Source of the DNA: Candidatus Nanohaloarchaea archaeon
GTDB taxonomy: Archaea; Nanohalarchaeota; Nanosalinia; Nanosalinales; Nanosalinaceae
DNA: 64,000 nt
NCBI GenBank assembly: GCA_042218075.1
Contig: JBDGRK010000022.1
Coordinates: 12,897 to 76,896, forward strand
Direction: 5' to 3'
The number at the start of each line of letters is the position of its first letter. The first letter of the stretch is position 1. Below, piece after piece: positions 57,902 through 64,000 of this stretch. The notes beneath the pieces were generated by a model. It searched no databases. It had not been told where the DNA came from and saw only the letters and a program-made list of their open reading frames with translations. The position numbers and the translations under genes were made by a program.

Positions 57902-58492
57902 ATGTCAGCGGATGAGAGCTGGGAGAAGCGAAGCAGGGAAGCGATACTTGATCTTAAGTCGAATTTATCCCAGAACTTCTGGAAGGCCAGTGGAATCTCC
58001 CTTCTACTAATTTTAGGCATGATACTCACAGATCTGACCGTGGCTATTCTCCTGCTGGTAATGACTGCATCGGTTTCAATCCTGACAAACAGTCTGAAAA
58101 TAAGCTGGACCGGAGTAGAAATTGCCACATTTTCAACAGTTTTACTCGGTTACGTTATAGGACCAAGTGCAGGTGCATTGTTCGGCCTGGCTTTCATTCT
58201 TGTGCAAGTCCTGAGCGGCAGCACACCCGGTTTCTTCATGGTATGGTCGATACCAGGATACATTGCGGCTGGATACGCAGCCGGGATATTTACAGGAATA
58301 GAAATAGCGGTTCTGGGACCGGTGATCTCTGGAGGCCTTCATTTATTCTTCCTGTCAATGACAGCGATCTTGATGGGATCGGAACTTCCGAGATATTTGA
58401 GGTATGCAGGCCTGAACTTCGTCTTCAATCTCCTGATCTTCAGATTAGCAGGATCCCCCGCAGTGGAGCTGTTGCATATGGCAGGTTTATGA
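57902..58492 (+). CDS. Multi-pass membrane protein (ECF S-component-like)
   Basis: Hydrophobic; G.EIATF..VLLG...GP..GALFG pattern. Confidence 0.6.
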   Translation: MSADESWEKRSREAILDLKSNLSQNFWKASGISLLLILGMILTDLTVAILLLVMTASVSILTNSLKISWTGVEIATFSTVLLGYVIGPSAGALFGLAFILVQVLSGSTPGFFMVWSIPGYIAAGYAAGIFTGIEIAVLGPVISGGLHLFFLSMTAILMGSELPRYLRYAGLNFVFNLLIFRLAGSPAVELLHMAGL

Positions 58493-58515
58493 GATTGACA
58501 CATAATTGAATAACC

Positions 58516-58911
58516 ATGAAAAAGGTAATGGCGCAGGGAAGCTTCGATATACTGCATCCCGGACATGTTCACTACCTGAGAGAGTCGAAAAAACTGGGAG
58601 AAGAACTTGTTGTGGTGATAGCCAGGGATTCACGTGTATCAGGCATGAAGGACCTAGTTTTTTCAGAGCAGGAGAGAAGGGAGATGGTGGAAGCGCTTGG
58701 AATGGTAGATAAGGCAATACTTGGAAGCGAGGAAGATATATACTCGACAGTCGAGAAAGTCGACCCCGAGGTAATAACGCTCGGTTATGACCAGGATCAC
58801 AGAGAAGAAAAGGTAAAAGAGATGGCTGAGAGAGCCACAGGACACGATGTGGGAGTGGAGAGGATTGATGAACTGGAGGGTTATTCTTCAAGCAGGATAC
58901 GAGATTTCTGA
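58516..58911 (+). CDS. ribL: FAD synthase (cytidylyltransferase family)
   Basis: GSFDILHPGH..YL, VVIARD, ER..MV, ITLGYDQ, SSSRI. Confidence 0.88.
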   Translation: MKKVMAQGSFDILHPGHVHYLRESKKLGEELVVVIARDSRVSGMKDLVFSEQERREMVEALGMVDKAILGSEEDIYSTVEKVDPEVITLGYDQDHREEKVKEMAERATGHDVGVERIDELEGYSSSRIRDF

Positions 58912-58944
58912 TATCATTTAAAGTTCATACAGGATTTCTTAACC

Positions 58945-61425
58945 ATGACCGAAGAAGTTGAGAAAAACCGCGAGCGTTTCGATCATGTTACGGACGCTGA
59001 AATACGTTACGACTCAGGTGAGGGTCTTTCTGAGGAGACGGTCAGGAGAATTTCCGAGGAGAAAGATGAGCCAGAGTGGATGCTGAAGAAGAGACTGGAT
59101 GCGTTCAGGCACTTCAAAAAGAGGCCGATGCCTGACTGGGGTCCTGATCTCTCCGACCTCGATTTTTCCGAGATCACTCCCTTCAAGGTCGCGGAAGGGG
59201 AGCAGAGCGATGAATGGGAGGAGGTTCCGGAGGAGATTCAGGAGACCTTTGATCGGCTGGGGATCCCGGACGCGGAGAAGGAAGCTCTCTCCGGGGTTGG
59301 AGCCCAGTACGAATCCCAGGTAGTCTACCAGAACATGAAGGAGAAGTGGGAGGAGAAGGGTGTAATCTTCGCAGACATGGATCGCGCTGTCGAAGAGCAC
59401 CCGGAACTTGTCAAGGAATACTTCATGTCTAAATGCGTCCCGCCCCAGGACAACAAGTTCGCTGCTCTCCACGGAGCGGTCTGGAGCGGAGGATCTTTCG
59501 TCTATGTGCCGGAAGGTGTAGAAGTCGAGATTCCCGTCCAGGCCTACTTCCGGATGAACTCCAAAGGAATGGGCCAGTTCGAGCACACGCTGATAATTGC
59601 AGAGGAAAATTCTAAAGTCCACTACATCGAAGGGTGTAGTGCGCCCCGTTACACTCGCAATAATCTACACGCCGGATGCGTCGAGGTTTTTGTCGGAAAT
59701 AACGCACATGTGCAGTATTCTACAGTTCAAAACTGGAGTAAAAATACTTATAACCTTAATACAAAGCGTTCAAAGGTCGAAGAAAACGGTGTGATGGAGT
59801 GGGTATCAGGCTCGATGGGTTCGAAAGTGACGATGCTCTATCCCTCCTCACACCTGAATGGAAAAGGAGCGAGAGCCAATCACATCACTATAGGATTTGC
59901 GGGAGACGGCCAGAATATTGATACCGGGGCAAAAGTTGTCCACAACGCTCCAGAGACGAAATCCACGATCGAGTCAAAATCTATAAGCCAGGGAGACGGA
60001 AGAACCAACTATCGAGGCCTGGTAAGGGTTCCGAAAGGCAGTGAAGATAGCAGCGTGTCGATTGAGTGCGTGCCTCCGGATTCTATGGTACAGACAGAAA
60101 CCGGACTAAAAGAAATTCAGGAAATCAAACCTGGAGAAAAAGTACTGGCGCACTCCGGAGCCTACAGGCAAGTGAAGGCGAAAACAGGCAGAGAATATGA
60201 TGGAAAATTGTACGAATTAAGTCCTGCAGGTAATTCAGAGCCGGTGAAAATTACTCCAGAACACCCCATCAGGATAGTGGAAAGGGAAAACTATCCTCGG
60301 AAAAATGACGAGTTCGAAGCTGAGTGGAAGGAACCTTCCGAAATCGAGGAGGGAGACTACGTTGCTTTCCCAAGGCCAGATCTCGACAGGGAGATGCCTG
60401 AAGACGAATTAGAGGTTGAATACGAATACTACGGCTCGAAACAGAAAGTATCTCTTGAGCACAGGAAAGAAGAGATTGCCGAACTAGCCGGTTATTACCT
60501 CGCAGAGGGATGTACAGACGATAGATACAGGGTCCACTTCAGTTTCAGGTATGACGAGAAGGAAATGATAGAGGAGACTGAAAACCTTCTAAAGGAGATT
60601 GTAGGGAAATCTAACAGAATTACTGTTAAGGAGAACTGCACAGAAGTATATGTGGACGACAAGATGCTCCACGAGTTCATGGAAAGGTTCGGTACCGGAA
60701 ACCAGGAAAAGCGGATTCCAGAGGAATGCATGAACTCAAAAGCACTGCAGAAGATAATCCCTCGAATGTTTGAGGGAGACGGCACCTTCAGGAAGGACAG
60801 GAACCGTATCCACTACACCACAACCTCCAGAGAACTTTCAGAACAGCTAAAGCTTGCCCTCGCCTACTTTGGAATACCTGCGAACATCACCAGAAGAGAC
60901 CAGGAGAACAGGAAACCTGCTTACATCCTGAATATATACGGGATAGGTGTAAAGAGGTTCATTGACGCTTTCAACCCTGACTATGAATACGAGGAAAGAG
61001 AAGATGACAGGAGATCAATCTGCCTGAAACCGGAAGAGATTTTCTACCCTATCAGGGGTATAACCGAAAGAGAATACAGCGGCAAGGTGTACAATTTAGA
61101 TGTAGAGAAAGACTCTTCATACACGGTCGAGGGAATATCCGTCCACAACTGCGACGCGATGATGTTTTCCGATGAGGCGACCTCGGACACCGAACCCTAC
61201 ATCGAGATAAAGGAAGACGACGTGGAGATGGCGCACGAAGCAACCGTCGGAAGGATAGGAGACGAGGAGATCCATTACCTCGAATCCAGAGGTATAGAGG
61301 AAGAGGAAGCCAAGGAAATGATCGTGAGAGGCTTCATAGAACCGATCGCGAAGGAACTGCCTCTTGAATATGCGGTGGAGCTCAACCGCCTGATCCAGCT
61401 GGAAATGGAGGGAAGCCTGGGATGA
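58945..61425 (+). CDS. sufB: Fe-S assembly scaffold SufB with intein
   Basis: GVGAQYES, ALHGAVWSGGSF, GQFEHTLI, EGCSAP, TVQNWS, HEATVG, ELPLEYAVE. Confidence 0.96.
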   Translation: MTEEVEKNRERFDHVTDAEIRYDSGEGLSEETVRRISEEKDEPEWMLKKRLDAFRHFKKRPMPDWGPDLSDLDFSEITPFKVAEGEQSDEWEEVPEEIQETFDRLGIPDAEKEALSGVGAQYESQVVYQNMKEKWEEKGVIFADMDRAVEEHPELVKEYFMSKCVPPQDNKFAALHGAVWSGGSFVYVPEGVEVEIPVQAYFRMNSKGMGQFEHTLIIAEENSKVHYIEGCSAPRYTRNNLHAGCVEVFVGNNAHVQYSTVQNWSKNTYNLNTKRSKVEENGVMEWVSGSMGSKVTMLYPSSHLNGKGARANHITIGFAGDGQNIDTGAKVVHNAPETKSTIESKSISQGDGRTNYRGLVRVPKGSEDSSVSIECVPPDSMVQTETGLKEIQEIKPGEKVLAHSGAYRQVKAKTGREYDGKLYELSPAGNSEPVKITPEHPIRIVERENYPRKNDEFEAEWKEPSEIEEGDYVAFPRPDLDREMPEDELEVEYEYYGSKQKVSLEHRKEEIAELAGYYLAEGCTDDRYRVHFSFRYDEKEMIEETENLLKEIVGKSNRITVKENCTEVYVDDKMLHEFMERFGTGNQEKRIPEECMNSKALQKIIPRMFEGDGTFRKDRNRIHYTTTSRELSEQLKLALAYFGIPANITRRDQENRKPAYILNIYGIGVKRFIDAFNPDYEYEEREDDRRSICLKPEEIFYPIRGITEREYSGKVYNLDVEKDSSYTVEGISVHNCDAMMFSDEATSDTEPYIEIKEDDVEMAHEATVGRIGDEEIHYLESRGIEEEEAKEMIVRGFIEPIAKELPLEYAVELNRLIQLEMEGSLG
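60067..61149 (+). mobile_element. Intein (361 aa) with LAGLIDADG endonuclease in SufB
   Basis: SIE|CVPPDS...ITPEHP...LAGYYLAEG...MFEGDG...VYNLDV...SVHN|CDAMM. Confidence 0.94.
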
Positions 61426-61437
61426 GATCCTATGGCT

Positions 61438-61513
61438 TCGCAGAAAATTATTTAGGATTCGAAAATCTGGAAAGATTTTCCTCAAGAAAATTCAAAGAAT
61501 TTTCGTTTTCGAG
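61438..61513. repeat. Nested cluster of GAAA..TTTC hairpin modules between sufB and sufD
   Basis: Outer TCGCAGAAAA...TTTTCGAG enclosing GAAAATCTGGAAAGATTTTC and GAAAATTCAAAGAATTTTC. Confidence 0.65.
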
Positions 61514-61522
61514 GTGCCTCGG

Positions 61523-62614
61523 ATGAAATCGGAAACTGTAAGAAAAAAGGCGAGGGGGAAAATCAAGGATCTGGAGATGCCTGAATCCATCAGGACTCCG
61601 GGAAGAACCTGGACGCGATACCCGAGAGACCTTGAAGAGAAGATTGGAGAGGTAGAGCAAATCGAGCCGGAGATCGAGGTCGATGGAGAGATCGAGATTT
61701 ACACTGGCGAAGAGGCATTTGAGAAGGCAGGTGAGAAAGCTTTTAACCTGATCAAACCGGAAGAGAACAGGATCAACGCCATACACGCAGCCAACTTCAA
61801 CTCCTTCATATACGCAGAAGTGAAAGGGAAAGCAGAACTGGATATCAGCTACGGTGAACAGTGTCGGGTTCTCAGCCACACCGTGCTGGAACTGAAAAGC
61901 AACGCGGAGCTGAAGATCTCGGAGAAAACAGAATGCGGAAGTTTCAACACTTCTTTCACGGAGATTTACGTTGGGGAAAATGCCTCCGTGGAGTACGGCG
62001 CGGTGGAAAAGCCCTCAGATTTCTCATACAGCAGGAGGAAAGCCCTGGTGAAGGATTACGGTTCGATCAACTGGCTTAACTCTATTTTTAGTGGAGAGCT
62101 CAACAGGACGAAGATCGAGACCGTTCTGAAGGGAGATAACTCAGAGACGGAGAACACAGGGGTCTGGTATCCTACCAGGGAACAGCACCACGATCTGTCT
62201 CTTCATGTCAGGCATATTGGCAACGGAACAAAATGCGACATGGACTCCAGAAGTGTCGTCGATCACTCCGCCAGGTCGCTCTACGAGGGTCTGCAGAAGG
62301 TAGAAGAATCAGCGGAAGAGACATCCAGCTTCCAGGACCAGGAAACACTGATGCTCTCGGATAGAGCAGAATCAGATGCTTCGCCAAAACTGATGATTGA
62401 GAACCCGGACGTGGAGGCTTCCCACGCAGCTGCCTCGGGAACAATCGAGGAGAAGAAACAGCACTACCTTGAGTCAAGGGGCATGGATGAGGAAAAGGCT
62501 GAGAGACTGGTGGTAAAGGGTTTCTTCGAGCCGGTGATGCGGGAGATTGAGCTTCCTGGTATCAAAAAAGATATAAGATCGGAAGTGGAGAGAAAGTTAA
62601 GGGAGAAAGAATGA
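61523..62614 (+). CDS. sufD: SufD-family Fe-S assembly protein
   Basis: Beta-helix repeats, P.L.I.N.DVEASHAA..G, YLESRG, V.GFF; SD GAGGTG before ATG. Confidence 0.9.
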   Translation: MKSETVRKKARGKIKDLEMPESIRTPGRTWTRYPRDLEEKIGEVEQIEPEIEVDGEIEIYTGEEAFEKAGEKAFNLIKPEENRINAIHAANFNSFIYAEVKGKAELDISYGEQCRVLSHTVLELKSNAELKISEKTECGSFNTSFTEIYVGENASVEYGAVEKPSDFSYSRRKALVKDYGSINWLNSIFSGELNRTKIETVLKGDNSETENTGVWYPTREQHHDLSLHVRHIGNGTKCDMDSRSVVDHSARSLYEGLQKVEESAEETSSFQDQETLMLSDRAESDASPKLMIENPDVEASHAAASGTIEEKKQHYLESRGMDEEKAERLVVKGFFEPVMREIELPGIKKDIRSEVERKLREKE

Positions 62615-62802
62615 GCTCGGAGTTTGGGGAAGAAGAGTGGAAGGCGACTGCGGAGGCTTTTGCCTTCTCGGGCCTGGCGTACATCTTCGTGGATGTCGCA
62701 CTATCCGGAGTCATAAACTATTACAGTGTTGTGGCGTACATAGCGGTTTTCATAATAATCGTGCTGGTCGGAAACTACAGGATATCCTCTTCAGATAAAT
62801 AA
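62611..62802 (+). CDS. Small two-helix membrane protein
   Basis: ATGA overlap with sufD; hydrophobic. Confidence 0.55.
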   Translation: MSSEFGEEEWKATAEAFAFSGLAYIFVDVALSGVINYYSVVAYIAVFIIIVLVGNYRISSSDK

Positions 62803-62825
62803 GGTTTCCATTCACAGCTCAGGAC

Positions 62826-64000
62826 ATGAATCCTGAAAAACTCAGGCAGGATTTTCCCATCTTCAGCGAGAGACCGGAACTTGTCTACCTTGATAACGCG
62901 GCGACCTCCCAGAAGCCGGACACTGTGATCGAAAGGATCAGCGAGTTCTACGAGAAGAATAACTCGAACGTTGGAAGAGGCCTCTACGACCTGGCTGGAG
63001 ATGCTACCGGGGAATATGGGAAAGCGAGGAGAAAAGTTGCGGGTTTCATTGGATCTGATTCTGAGGAGGTCATTTTCACAAAGAACACCACAGAGTCGGA
63101 AAACCTTGTGGCTAACTCTCTGGATTTCGAGGGAGATATAGTATTGAGCGAGATGTCCCACCACTCTGAGCAGCTTCCCTGGAGGAGAAGAGCCAAGCAG
63201 GAAGGTAAAGAGATAAGATGGCTTGAGACAGAAGACGGAAGGATTTCTCTGGAATCGGCCAGACAGAAGATAGATGAGGAAACCGGCATGGTCGCGGTAT
63301 CGCATATTTCCAACGTATTCGGCGCCGAAAACCCGGTAAGTCAGATTGTGGATTTAGCCCACGAAAACGATGCTTTTGTGGTTCTCGACGGTGCGCAGTC
63401 GGTCCCTCACATGCCGGTAGATATCGGAGATCTGGAAGTTGATTTCATGTGCTTCTCCGGTCACAAGATGCTTGGTCCTATGGGAATCGGGGTTCTCTAC
63501 GGGAGGAGAGAACTCCTGCATGAGATGGAGCCCTACCAGCTGGGAGGCGGAATGATCAGGAAGGTGGAAAAATCCGGTATCGAATACGAGGAGATTCCAG
63601 GGAAGTTCGAGGCTGGAACTGAAAATGTGGCCGGCGCGGTCGGCCTGGGAGAAGCGGCGGATTACCTGGAAGAAGTAGGAATGGAGGATATTTACGAAAA
63701 CGACAGGAAGCTCTCATCCAGTATCATTCGGGAGCTGAGAGATATCGAGGGAATCGAGGTTGTTTCGCCCGAGGATGCTAGCCTGGTAAGTTTCAGGGCT
63801 GATTTTGCGCATCCCCATGACATCGCGGAGATACTCAGCCAGAACGATGTTGCTGTGAGAGCCGGACATCACTGCGCCCAGATACAGATGGAGCAGATGG
63901 ATCTGAGCGGGACGGTCAGGGCATCACCCTACCTCTACAACACGGAAAAAGATGTTGAACGATTTGTTGAAGCGGTAAGAGAAGTTCGAGAGGTGTTTTC
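62826..64000 (+). CDS. sufS: Cysteine desulfurase SufS (runs off window end)
   Basis: Manual translation MNPEKLRQDFPIF...YLDNAATSQKP...DGAQSVPH...FSGHKMLGP...FEAGT...HPHDI...VRAGHHCAQ. Confidence 0.95.
   Translation, partial: MNPEKLRQDFPIFSERPELVYLDNAATSQKPDTVIERISEFYEKNNSNVGRGLYDLAGDATGEYGKARRKVAGFIGSDSEEVIFTKNTTESENLVANSLDFEGDIVLSEMSHHSEQLPWRRRAKQEGKEIRWLETEDGRISLESARQKIDEETGMVAVSHISNVFGAENPVSQIVDLAHENDAFVVLDGAQSVPHMPVDIGDLEVDFMCFSGHKMLGPMGIGVLYGRRELLHEMEPYQLGGGMIRKVEKSGIEYEEIPGKFEAGTENVAGAVGLGEAADYLEEVGMEDIYENDRKLSSSIIRELRDIEGIEVVSPEDASLVSFRADFAHPHDIAEILSQNDVAVRAGHHCAQIQMEQMDLSGTVRASPYLYNTEKDVERFVEAVREVREVF

Noticed and set aside
114-63313. Many Ser/Phe/Leu-rich ORFs antisense to real genes in the ORF track
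   Set aside because: Shadow frames of GAA/GAG-rich acidic genes with no protein motifs

Overview
Archaeal chromosomal segment, most likely from a halophilic DPANN archaeon (Nanohaloarchaeota-like). The basis is a strongly acidic proteome, a fused PriS-PriL primase, GatDE with archaeal GluRS, and DPANN-style pilin-like genes. Most of the window is informational core: ksgA, rpo4, rpl21e, pus10, SRP54, ftsY, gatDE, tatAC, RNase J, gltX, XPB, rpo11, TFS, PCNA, primase, GINS, L44e/S27e/aIF2a/Nop10/PAC2, rpo6, eno, rps2, L7Ae/S28e/L24e, aIF5B, NreA, XPD, ribL and sufBDS. These are interleaved with single orphan genes and five toxin-antitoxin modules, two of them decayed. The most unusual signals are non-coding. 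Three minus-strand tRNAs (Met-CAT, Val-GAC, Ala-CGC) all carry 37/38 introns of 76, 92 and 246 nt. One covarying structured element occurs as a tRNA 3' trailer twice and as the core of the tRNA-Ala intron, next to duplicated tRNA-Ala 3' ends. A related GAAA..TTTC hairpin family recurs in introns and intergenic spacers. The Met intron appears to encode a C/D-type guide for its own C34. The XPD helicase intein is broken by an in-frame stop between its N- and C-terminal splicing halves (candidate split intein, pseudogene or sequencing error), and SufB carries a second intein. All calls come from reading motifs by eye; no database searches were run.
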